44,065 nt of DNA from contig JAQGDQ010001370.1 of assembly GCA_030141605.1 (NCBI GenBank), forward strand, positions 1-44,065, in the 5' to 3' direction. Of the stretch, positions 11,399 to 39,802 are shown piece after piece. Position 1 is the first letter of the stretch. The number at the start of each line of letters is the position of its first letter. Under the pieces are notes generated by a model. The model was given only the letters and a program-made list of their open reading frames with translations, was not told the origin of the DNA and did not search any database. A program made the position numbers and the translations under genes. Source of the stretch: Tubiluchus corallicola (Eukaryota; Animalia; Priapulida).

Positions 11399-12718
11399 GT
11401 AAGATTCGAGGCTACAGCTCCAACGACGGTACCATTTGCGGCGATCTATATATTAAACAAAAGGTCTTGATCTAGTGTGATGCCATCAGTGGTTTATTTT
11501 TCGAATCAGACCCAAAGTGACCAACGGGGGGCAAAAAACCTTCAAAATGGCCATTTACGGCGGTTTTTTGCAAAATTTATACCTCTTATTTCTGGAGAAT
11601 GGGAATGGGCTGGAGGTGGTGCCAGCCATGGATATAATTTATTAAGACTGTTGTTCTTGGTAATGGATACCCATAGTTAACTATTCAAATTAGCCAGTAA
11701 GATTAACTGGATAGCCAGCTGCCATCACGTGATCATATCTGATACATGTATTATGGCACGTTCAGCCATAGAAACTTCTCTCGCAACTAGTCATACAACT
11801 TCTCTCCGAGAGTGAAGTTGCACATGTGAACGGCTTGGCAACTTCTCTCGCAACTTGCGCAGACTTTACTCTCAGACAGAAGTTGCGCGAGAAATCTGGA
11901 CATCTGAAGGTGCCATTATGTGTGGTAGCTAACATGTATACAAATAACTTCCCATTGTCAAATGTGTACTTATTGCATGCATATAAAACAATCTGATGCA
12001 CAGGCGGTACGTGCTACTACAAAAATACATGGGTTTCAACGTTTTGTTCTGCTACTAAATCGAACTTAACATTTTAGTGTCTATATGCTATCACCAGCTC
12101 AGGAAACATTGTGTACATTTCATGAACAAAAACTCAAGCTGAACCTTACAAAAGGCATGCAATGCAATTACTACCCTGTTGCTAAGAATTTAGTGCAGTA
12201 CGTGGCAAACCAGTGACATATACACAATGGTTTCTCATACTCCATATTTTATTTCAATAAGAAACTCAGTTTTACTAAATATGTCTTTAAGTAGAGGTAC
12301 CATAAATAGACAGACATGTTAGTACATTTGCAGGTGTAACAGAGTAATAAATTACTATTAATTAATGAAAGCATATTCTTAAATGTTGGCATTCATTACA
12401 GGTAGCTGTTCAGTATTTTCTAAAAATGATGGTGAACCTACTGGTTACCTGTGTGCATGCCCAGATGGACACATTGGCTCCTCGTGTCCTGAGATAACAT
12501 CAACAAATCTGAACAGTTGGTACTTGAAGCGTCTCCTCTCAAACACATGCCCAATAGGACTGACTGGACCCAAATGTGCTGCAAAAAACCTTTGTTACGG
12601 ATCTAGCAATCCATGCGTGAATGGAGAATGTGACATAGCGCTAGATGATCCGCAGCAGATCCGATGTCTTTGCTTTGATGGATTTTATGGAACATACTGC
12701 GAAAAAACTAAGTCATAG
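8858..12718 (+). CDS. EGF gene B: secreted 296-aa protein with 6 EGF domains and a half-EGF, join(8858..8921,9942..10286,11109..11273,12402..12718)
   Basis: 64+345+165+317 = 891 nt, open from ATG to TAG through three phase-1 GT-AG introns. Signal-peptide-like first exon, no TM segment, exon-by-exon paralog of gene A. Confidence 0.88.
9555..9913. mobile_element. MITE (about 360 bp), TIR CCTTTTCACAGTT, copy 1 (gene B intron 1)
   Basis: Perfect 13-bp terminal inverted repeats at 9555-9567 and 9901-9913. A diverged copy in the opposite orientation lies at 39457-39802. Superfamily unresolved. Confidence 0.85.
9942..10286 (+). CDS. Gene B exon 2: three EGF domains
   Basis: cttttatAG acceptor; AGPCDPDPCGEHGKCFENPEDYFCEC...GWFGEKCDQ; donor GTAAAA. 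Confidence 0.9.
11109..11273 (+). CDS. Gene B exon 3: one EGF plus C1-C2 of the next
   Basis: ttgttgtAG acceptor; VQGQCTSAPC...GINCEYENPCEPTPCSP; donor GTAAAC. Confidence 0.9.
11372..11398. repeat. (TA)n microsatellite
   Basis: Direct reading. Confidence 0.95.
11754..11915. mobile_element. PIF/Harbinger-type MITE with TTA target-site duplication
   Basis: tta|TGGCACGTTCAG ... CTGAAGGTGCCA|tta (12-bp TIR, 1 mismatch); internal AACTTCTCTCGCAACT repeats in both orientations. Confidence 0.8.
12402..12718 (+). CDS. Gene B terminal exon
   Basis: attacAG acceptor; GSCSVFSKNDGEPTGYLCAC...CFDGFYGTYCEKTKS*. Confidence 0.9.
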
Positions 12719-12791
12719 TATGTTATGATTTTGAAGAACTTTATCAAAAATATGGTCCAACATGTGTCTGATATTAAACATAAAGCTACAG

Positions 12792-13177
12792 TTTAACATT
12801 GAATGCATTTAAGACATGTTTAAAGTAGCATTCTGGCAACTGCTTGCATATAAAAATACAGAAATGCATTAATACATAACGTAATTACAGATAAGCATAG
12901 AACTCTGCAAGACTGCAAGCATACAGTAGGTGCCGGGCGAGTTACTTAGCTTATAGACTTTAGTTTTAGTTTGTTAAAATAATTATTTTGTCACTTTGTT
13001 GGGGGTTAACTAGGCGAGTTGGAGGTTATTGTACTGTCGTGGGCAAGGAGATTCACCAAAAGCAAAAATACATAATATTAATTATTGTTATAGACATATT
13101 TAACATCGAATGCATTTAACACATGTTTAACATAACATTCTGGCAACTGCTTGCCTATAAAAATACAGAAATGCATT
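12792..13177 (+). repeat. About 80-bp direct repeat pair (12792-12870 and 13098-13177) downstream of gene B
   Basis: tttaacatYgaatgcatttaa...tacagaaatgcatt occurs twice with few mismatches. Confidence 0.9.
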
Positions 13178-16100
13178 TTGGGAGCAATTTTTGGGCGATG
13201 TTGTGCAGGTCGTAGAGTTAGTTGAACACATATACACATTTGAACAAGGCGATGCCTCTACCAGTTCAGTATCCCAAGTTAGAGAATGATCCTTGATCAT
13301 GTGCAAAGTTCCAGTCCTGCCACAAACATCAATATTACTAAGTCTTTTGTAAAGCACTGGATACAGGCTTTCTGTTCTCTGAAATACACTTTTTAATTTA
13401 CTATAATAGCAAGTTGGAATAATTTGGTTACTCGATTGAGTAGTAACTCTATAAAGTGGTCTATCTTGCCGTGATTGGCCTCACATATGCAATAACTTTT
13501 TAACCAGTTTTATATTGTGACGTCATAATAAAATTACTTCATATAAAAGACATACTTATTGCTGCAACCTAACTACCTTCATCTGGTAGTTACCGAAAAT
13601 TAATAATAATGTAGTTCTAGTCTACTTCTTCCTCTACTGGCTATTATCAAAGGTGAAGATCCACTTTCTTGCTGCACAACATTCCATCAGCCCTTATCAG
13701 TTCTCCGTCCAGCATTTCAGATACAACCTGGACGAAGGAGTGATCAGGAAAGAGGAATTTTAGTCTGAAAGTAGGTGATCTGGTTGTTCCATACAAAAGA
13801 ATGCTTGCATATGTCAACTATTAATGTCAAAATGGCAGAATTCTTCCACAACTCAAAAGTTGCATTTGAGCAAATAAAATTGGACCGAGTACTACATTAA
13901 ATAATGTAAATTATAAAAATACGCAGTTACACAACCTCCTGCCTGACCTACACAAGTTTTCCTTTTGGACAGCTCCAATAATTTATTAATCAACTTTTTA
14001 TTTTTAGATTTATTATATACAATGCCAACATACAAAATTTATAAATCATCAGCACACGAAGACACATTAAGTCAACACTATAAGAAAACGTGTGCAGTGT
14101 TGACTTATTAAATGGTATGAATGAACACAGAAAAAAAGAAAAGGTAATTTTTAAAGAAAGAAAAAAGTGGTGACGCAAACACAAAATGAGAAAGTGGATC
14201 AAAGTTATTGATGAGAATAACATATACATAATTTTCAAAATTTAGATGCTATCAAACTGGGATTGGCATGCAAAAGGCAAGGATTACTGAATCTCAAGAT
14301 TAAAAGAAAAAACACAGACATTCAGGGTGTAGAGGTCCCGTGACCTCAGTGGTCGGAATGTAAAAAGATGTGGATGCCGCCTATTGGTAGTTCTTTGTTT
14401 CTGGAATAATATAATGGTAATACAAATTATTCTAATCTCTGTACGTGTTTATTTTGATCTCTACATGGCGCAGTCGACTCTGGTTAGTTGTACTTTTGCA
14501 AAATATTGAAATCTATAATATTAACTACGGGCTAGAGTGGTTCACGGACATTCGATCACACTAGTGGGAAAGGCTTCAGTCTGCACATACTCTCACACTT
14601 AACCTCATACATATTCACTTGCTCACGCACTCACATACAATGTAGTCAATTCTTTCATGCCAAACATATTGCATAAGATTACTATTAAATTTTATTATTA
14701 TTTACATGCTTGTTTTCTTTTTAATACTGCAATTATTTCATCATATTTATAAATCATTTTGTTATGGCAAATAGAATAAACAAAACTAAACCCAACTAAA
14801 CAGCTAATCCTTGTCAGGACATTACGGTATTCGTTCTGCAAATATACAGTCACTGGTTAGTCTGGCCTAACCCAATGATGATGAGCGGTATGAACGCCAT
14901 ACGAGTACTGTAGGCACGCCTACGCAATTTCCGGCTGCCTGAGATCCATACAACATACGCAGCATAATTTTTATGAGACACAGTCGTTACTTCTGGTAGT
15001 TTGGTAGGTCTAAAAATACAAAGATCATACATGTAAGCGTATTACAATGTATTCTTCAAGTGCAAAGCACAAAAACTGGAACTATTCTAATTTCGTTTTT
15101 GCCCGAATACTGTTACCTCACTGGGGTAATAAAGCAAAGCAAGTACCTTACCCAACTTTCAAAGACAATCTATTTTTAACGGACAATTATCAAAATAAAC
15201 ACGCAGTACTAAACTGCACACCTCCAGGACCAATTATAGATGATCTTATCTTATAATTACATTTTATTTTGTGTGACCCCACGAAGTACAATATATGTAA
15301 GCTATATCATTACTTGTCACATATACACAATGCTAAACATACTTACCCAAAGCCCCAAGTAAGTCCAGAATGAATGCTAGAGTTAAAATTGTTAGTAACC
15401 ATTCATAAAACTGCCAAAAAGTACTCCTGTATTACGTGCCCACATTTGTGTAGAAGCGCAGTCTTACTAGACGTATTCCTGGTATTAACTTCTTGCAGTA
15501 GCAGTGATACAGCGCTAAATGTACAGTGCAGAGGCGTGACCGGATATGTGCGCTCGAACGACTCGGGGATACCGGAAGGAAGAGTGTGGTAGTCGCTGTG
15601 GCGCTGCGCACTAGCTGGTAGCAAAGTGTTGTGCAGTATGCAGTTCAGCTAAATAGCTGCAGCTCTCAATGCCAGCGTTGCTTTCAAGCAGTAGTAATGT
15701 AAAGTCATTTTATTTGTTATAAATAAAAGAAATACATACATTCCAGTCATTGGGCTTTATTTCAAAAACAGGAATTACAGAAAAAAATTGTACATTGGTG
15801 AGACACAAACAAAATGTAATCTGACAAGCATTAGATAAAATCGATATTGTATACATTTATTTTATGAAGATGAATAGTAATTTGAAAAACTGTTTAATAT
15901 TTCGTGATAAACTACAGAATAATATCAGCTGTTTTCAATATTACAAAAAAGTTGTATATGTATATAAATATATTATGTCTTTATTACCATGCTAGAATAC
16001 AAATACAAGTTATTTTCAATATTACAGAAAATTTCTGTACACACACACACACGTATAATATATATATGTATAATATAATATAATATTATATGTATATGAT

Positions 16101-16792
16101 AATTGTATATCGTCTAAAATTGATGCAATGATAATAATAGCAAAATTAAAATTAAATCGAGAATCACGCCTAAAATATTTACTGGACTAAAAAGTTTGGA
16201 TCTGCTGACGCAGGGTCGTGTTTGGATTTAAAAATACTGTAATAAAAGATGACACGAATTAGTTTAAAATTGCAGATTATCCTAAAATTAGCACACTCCA
16301 ACATAATTGGAAATTTTATTTAGTTTAACATTTAATAGGAAAACTTAAACTATCCAGAGCTTAAGAGTTGCAACAATATGAACATACTAATTTATATTCG
16401 TAGAGCAAGATAAGCTAAAAAGCAGGAAAAGGCCAAATTTAGATGGCCAGTAGCTGCATGTGTTGTCTGGCATTTCCCCTTGGAATATATTCGTTTGCCA
16501 AGCACTTTAAGAATTAATTGGCAATGTTATGAGAAGCCACACCGCGAAGCCATGCAATACATAATATTCATTCAGTTTACTCTGGCAAATGTTTTATTCT
16601 TGCAGGCAAGTAAAATTATAGTTTTAAGCCGTAGAATGAAGCCGGGAACGTCAACATCATTATCATCGCTGTGATATCATGCCATTGTGAGTGTCATCAT
16701 CATCATCATCATTATCATGGTCGTCGTCGTTACTAACTGTAACTTTAGCAACAGCCTAGCAGTAACAGCAATAACACCAATGGCCAATGGCA

Positions 16793-17106
16793 GTACTTGG
16801 CAATAGTGCAAGTCTGATTGACTGACTAACTGTACTTGGCAGTCCTGCAGGTCTGATTGACTGACTAACTGTACTTGATAATAGCGCAAGCCTGATTGAC
16901 TGACTAGCTGTACTTGGCAGTAGTGCAAGCCTGATTGACTGACTAGCTGTACTTGGCAGTAGTACAAGCCTGATTGACTGACTAGCTGTACTTGGCAGTA
17001 GTGCAAGCCTGATTGACTGACTAACTGTACTTGGCAGTAGTGCAAGCCTGATTGACTGACTAACTGTACTTGGCAGTAGTGCAAGCCTGACTGACTGACT
17101 AACTGT
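16793..17106. repeat. 39-bp minisatellite, about 8 copies
   Basis: Unit approximately GTACTTGGCAGTAGTGCAAGCCTGATTGACTGACTAACT. Confidence 0.95.
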
Positions 17107-19130
17107 CATACATCTAATAAATCTTTGTTCCGATGTATGTTTTTCTAAGTCTAGTTTTTTTTGCCTCTTGCAATTTGCTTTGCTCAGTGGTTCAATAAAT
17201 AAATAAAGCAACAACAAGTAAAAGCCTTGCTTCCCTGTCCTCTTTCCTCGTCTTTGTTTTCAGACATTTTTGATTTATGTACGTTGGTCTTTTTATCTCT
17301 CATCTTTGTGATGGTTCTTTTTTTACTTACGAATTATCCGCTTCGACTTTTTTACTTAATTGTATTTCCTTGTAATGATTTTTATTTAGCCTATTAAAAT
17401 TTTTGTCAGTTGATTTTTATTTTGGTTTTGACATATTTACGTTTTTTTCGATACTTGCCCCTTGTTATAGTTATCGTTACACAGTTCAGTATTCCTAGTT
17501 GGAGTTGTCTTTTGATTGCTATCCCTCTTTCTGTTGTGTTTTTTGTTATGCTACCTAGCCTTTTAGCACATTTTAAAATTATGCCGCCTCATGTGATTGT
17601 AAACCACAGAAATTTTAGGATAACGCCATCGAAAAGATGCGGTATCCGTATCTCCAAACGAATTTAACGATCTTTTGAGGCTTAAACAAAGCACACAGTT
17701 ATTGTAAAGATGTAAAAATCTATAGGTGGGTCCAAATTGCATTAATAAAGTAAAAATGACACAATGCGCAAAAAACAAGAACAGACAAGAACATAAAAGT
17801 TACAAAAGCAATGACGCAGTAAAAGTTCAAATGTTTAATATAGAAAATCAATAAATTCAGTCACGACAACAAAAATTTCACCTAGTCAAAAGCCACGCCT
17901 ATGCCAACCAACAACAAGGACAACAACGACGACAACACAAATAACAACAACACCAACGGCAGTAATAAAACTGAGGTGAATGTCAGCCAGCCAAAGAATA
18001 AAAATTAGCATCGCGTTGTCATTACAATTCATTAACAATTAAAAACCTAAATTTACTTGGAAGTTTTATCTATTCGTTTATACGAAAATATAGGCCAAGC
18101 AATAGATCACGGTTTATCAGAGTTCCTGCAGAGAAAGCTGTTACATCTGTCACAATTGCTATGGATTTGTGAAGCCATATTGGCGAAACCATTTGCGATT
18201 CGTCTGAATGGGAAGACAGTTCCCAATCATACAGTAAGGGAAGTCGCATTTCATGTACTGTAGCGATCAATAGTTATTTATAATGCGATAGCCTCCGTTT
18301 GGTACAGAAAAAATTGTATGCCTTGTGGATTCGTTTTGCCTCTATTACACCTTTCAGGTTCCCCGTCAAATCTTCAGATTTCTTGTGGCACAAAATTCTA
18401 TCTAACATTTTGAGCATGTCCCTTGCATTACACTAATATACTGTAACAATGGTTAGCTGTATTGTGGTATGTGGAATAAACGAAATCTTGAAATTTGTAA
18501 AAAAATGAACGTTGGAAACTCATGATTACCACACGAAAAATTATCATTTGTCATAAATGATGATAAATTGTCACAATTTATCATTCGCCATTATTATGGC
18601 GAAAAACTTCTAGAAGTGATACTGGCTAGGGTCCGTGCCTATTAGTACAGTACAAAAAAAGAAAGGAAATCACAAATCTACTTCTTAATCACTTTTGTGG
18701 TTAATAGTTGCCCAGACACTTATACCCAAAGTAAGAAACGATTCATTGTCAGGTGAATTTCCTCCAAAAGTTGTTTTTTATAACTTGGGTAACTCAGACT
18801 CTCGCAATTTGAGTGACTGACACGTTCAGCTCTGCTCAACAGAAAATCTTTCATACTAAATATTACCATGAGATTTAAGAGCAGCTGATAAATTCAGCAA
18901 TAAATGTAAAAAAACAATAGACAATAAAGGCAATAGATGAAAAATCAGGTGTTAAAAACGTTTTTGCTAATAGGTAAAAAGCAACGGTTAAAAGTTCTAA
19001 ACTAAAAATAAAACAAGTTAAAGTAAACAAGTAAAAAACAAGTTAGAAACATCCAAAATGAAAGATATCACTGATTTGTCTTAAAGACGTTTAGTGTCAC
19101 AAATCATTTTAGGAGCATAATGAAATACAA

Positions 19131-19343
19131 TCCAGGTAAAAATGCCACAAGTAAAAAGTCACAAGAAACAAGTCATAGGAAAAAAGAAATAACCTTATAC
19201 TTAACTCTAACCATTAACCCTAACCCTAACCATTAACCAGAATCCTAACCCTACGCTAAGCATTAACCCTAACCCTAATCCTAGCCAAAATTAATTGTGA
19301 CTTTTTCCCTGATTTTTTTCCTCTAGCTTTATGACCGGTTACC
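19131..19343. mobile_element. Foldback/MITE-like element with an internal degenerate (CCCTAA)n tract
   Basis: AAAAAGTCACAA-type repeats on the left, TTGTGACTTTTT on the right, taaccctaaccctaac core at 19190-19285. Confidence 0.6.
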
Positions 19344-21275
19344 AAGAAAATAAGCTGCAGGATAGGCGCTAAACGTCAGTAAACCGCAATCAAAAGATTA
19401 TACGTGCGGTTAAACTGTCGAGTTTTACGTGAAATAAAATAATATGAGTACCTTTTATTAAATTATCAGTGCTATCAGTGCGCACACTGCTGGGAGCCAC
19501 TAAATACTGAGTCCTGCTTCGGAAGCTCCGGAAAGACAAAAGGATTAAAGGAAGGATTAAATCTATTATCACTAGCGGAGAGTCAAAAATCGTTTTGACT
19601 AAATTAGCTTTCTCTTTTTTGCTTTTTCTTTCTTTTTTTCCTCCTTTGCGTTTGTTACTTTTCACTTCCTTGTCGTTGTCTTCTCTACTTTTACTTTAAC
19701 TACAATTATCTAGCTTACTATCGCGCTTTTCTTGTTGACTTAACCACTTTTTCCTTTTTTTGCGTGTTATCAAGAACAACGATTTTTGGCATCATGAGAA
19801 CTAGAAGATCTAGCTTTTTTTACCACTAGCATTTTTACACAACCGATTGTTTTAAAATTGGTACAAGAATGTGTTAATAGATTCGGTGTCTTCATAAACT
19901 GTTCCAGCACTCCTGAAGATCTACCCATGCAAACATTGAAAATCAAGAAATGACTATAATTTAAGTAACGCACATTACCTTTCAACAGTTAATATATTCT
20001 TGACAGCTTTCACACACCGGTTTAAACATTACAATATGACGCCGTCTATGGTACGCCCTATTTCTAGAAAATGTACAGCTTCACTTGAAAAAGCAGTAAC
20101 ATCCTCATCTCTTGGGAAGCTGTGGACGATGTTAACCGTAGTATTGATTGGCTCAGAATTAGCAGCCAAAGTTGTCCGCACAAAGAGTGTTGTCCTATCA
20201 CAGCAGGATACGTTACTGTATATCGGACAGAACTGCCGTTCTGTACAAATAAGCATAAAAATCGCATATAAAACATAAGTATATGCAATAACAGGGCTTT
20301 CTAAGAGGAACTGTCATTGCAATTTGTAAGATTCTTGTGCAATAGATTTTGTTAAATTTAAAATCATTTTCATGAAAGCCATGATTTTTATGAAAAAGGT
20401 AATATAAGGTAAGCTGCATCGTAGGCATACTTAAAAGTTAAAGGTTATAGTTCACTACCAGTTTTTCGCTGTCATAATTCACAGCAAGCTGAAGCATGAA
20501 GTACCTGGAATGCACTTTCAAGTATTAAAGTGCCAACTGTTGAGTACTAACAATCGACTGAGATAAACTGTAATGCAAAACAGACTCCAGGCTCAATACA
20601 GGCCTACGTCAATAACAATTTCGTTTATTCGTTTAATTCTCACAATATACAGTTAAAAGTTTAATTCGCGATTAACCAAATTAACCAGATTTTCTGAAAA
20701 AGTTTTGTTCCAATAATTTTTGGACTTAACAAATCGTCTGAATTTCCGGCAAGATTTTCTTTGATCTGTCGCTGTAATGTGTGTGCAAGCTGTTACTCCA
20801 TCAATGTGTAATTAAAACAGCTGTAACAGGAGACTATAGCTAAAATTATTATTGCTATATACAGTATTCACCTTCTGTTTCTGCTAAATGATGCAACAAA
20901 TGTTGGCACATAATACTGTCTCGTGAAAAGAGCTGCTATTATTAAATTTTGTGTTACAGCGCAAGATGTCTCATTCAAGTTGAAATCACGAGTTTCATTT
21001 TTTACGTGAACTTAATTAATAATGACAATGTGCACAAGAATAAATAGACTGTTTCATATTTGCTTCGTCCTTTGTGTTGTGAAGGTAAGGATTGCCAGTT
21101 TAAAATACAAATCCAGTTTAAAATACACTGACACATTTCGAAGTTAGCCATTTTTTTAAATTTGAAACATATTTATGCTTTGAAAGTAAAAGACTGAACA
21201 TGTCGGATAACCAGTAAATTGATTTCGGTGTTTTTGTAGCAAATTCAGAAACTTCCCGAACTTAGAAACAAAGCA

Positions 21276-21332
<57 letters not shown>

Positions 21333-21362
21333 AATGATGATGATGATGATGACGATGACGAC
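21276..21362. repeat. (GAT)n microsatellite
   Basis: Direct reading. Confidence 0.97.
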
Positions 21363-21719
21363 AATAATAATGTCTGTGTTTAAATATTCTACTCTTTACA
21401 AGTGTTGAATTCTGGTGTCGAAATGGCTTATATGTCCAAAATAACTCAAATTACCTATGTGTCCAAAACAGGCCAATGCCCAAGTTGCCTGTAATTTATG
21501 GCCAAGATGACCTGAGTCCAAAGGTTTTATCGGAAGTATCCTGAGTCCAAATGTGTGGGTCTACAGTGACAAATGAAATATTTTGTGTACAATATACACT
21601 CGAGCACTTGACAAAGCACAAAAAAGGAAAACATATATTAGCTGCTTGGCTTTAGCATGTTCAGTATAAATAATGTTGTTATCCTGCTTACTGAATAGCA
21701 TTATCTCTGCCTAGTAGTC

Positions 21720-21758
21720 ATGATGATGATTATGATGATGATGATGATTATGATGATG

Positions 21759-21790
<32 letters not shown>

Positions 21791-21817
21791 GATGATGATG
21801 ATAACGATGACGATGAT
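21720..21817. repeat. (GAT)n microsatellite
   Basis: Direct reading; source of the spurious poly-Met and poly-His ORFs. Confidence 0.97.
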
Positions 21818-22321
21818 AAGGAATAATAAGTATAACAGTGAAGATAAGGAATACTCGTTCTGGATAAATTCTCTGTTTCTCTGTTTGAGAATAGAAAACA
21901 GTGCCTATTGGCTTGTGCATTTAAGCATTTTGATTAAATTGTGGTCTGGCCTACGGAATAATGGTTTACGATCTGATAAACAATTCACCAGTTTCCATAA
22001 TTTTTCCAAAACTAGTTAACTACAATTACAATCGCAGAAATATGGCTACTGACAAGTGGAACAGCACAACAGGCGACATAAATGTGAAAGTAATTATTGG
22101 TTTAATGTAACCATTTTCTGGTAATAAGATTTTAGCAGCTCCAGACAGAATTTGATTATTTCGTCATTGGAAACTTCCTTTAGAGTTAAGATTCCCCAAA
22201 TAGAACTCATGTTGGAATCATATTGACCCATGGTTAACTAGGATATGGGTTAACCTGTTGAATAAGCTAATAAGTAGAATACGACGGATCGACTTAAATG
22301 GCTGCGCATGCTGATTTTTAG

Positions 22322-39180
<16,859 letters not shown>

Positions 39181-39456
39181 CATACAAGTTGTCTTATAAC
39201 GAACTGAATATGGAAGCTGTGCATTTATCTGTTGCTCCTTGTGAAAGCGTTATATTGAAGAACGAAAGAACTTGTCGAACACAAAAATAGCGTAACTCGT
39301 TTTGTTGACTGGACATAAAAGACAAATGATTCTGTATCAGTTTTATTTGCTGGTAGCTGAAAGCAGCAGTCATTTTTTTGAACCTAAGTCTGTCAGAAAT
39401 ACGCATTTAAGTACCTTACTTACATTAAAGTAACGATTGGATACTCTCTCAGTTAA

Positions 39457-39802
39457 TTTCACAGTTACGGCGATTGATGATGATCGTGAAAAGGTCAAAG
39501 GTAAAGTGAACCAGACAACGCATTTGTGTGTACTTGAGTAGCAGTTTTAATGGCTAGCTAGAACCTTACCTAGTTAGATTTTTCTCAAGCAAGATCTTGC
39601 TCGTAAAATCACTCTACGCAAAGACTAATACTATAATTAAATAAAGTCCACGCAACACAACTGAAGTTACTGAACTGATGCGGCAGACAACTTTGCTTTA
39701 CACGTATGTCACGTGACGGTTGTAGTTAAGACCCGTTGCTAAGGTTCACTTAACCTTTGACCTACAGCAGTTGTGCATGCGCACAACGAAACTGTGAAAA
39801 GG
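39457..39802. mobile_element. MITE copy 2 of the CCTTTTCACAGTT family
   Basis: Collinear reverse-complement similarity to 9555-9913 along its length; ends tttcacagtt and aactgtgaaaagg. Confidence 0.85.

Noticed and set aside
1-12718. Notch, Delta, Crumbs or fibropellin ortholog
   Set aside because: No LNR, TM, ankyrin, DSL, LamG or avidin domains are visible, and both genes end right after an EGF. No gene symbol assigned.
13690-13800. LDGEL (ligase-like, minus strand) and LKVGDLV (LTR integrase-like, plus strand) motifs
   Set aside because: Short isolated matches without the other required motifs.
16677-17217. Repetitive minus-strand ORFs (HYCQVQLVSQSGL)n and (LALLPSTVSQSIR)n
   Set aside because: Translation of a 39-bp minisatellite with no supporting gene structure.
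21711-22019. Poly-His and poly-Met ORFs
   Set aside because: (GAT)n microsatellite.
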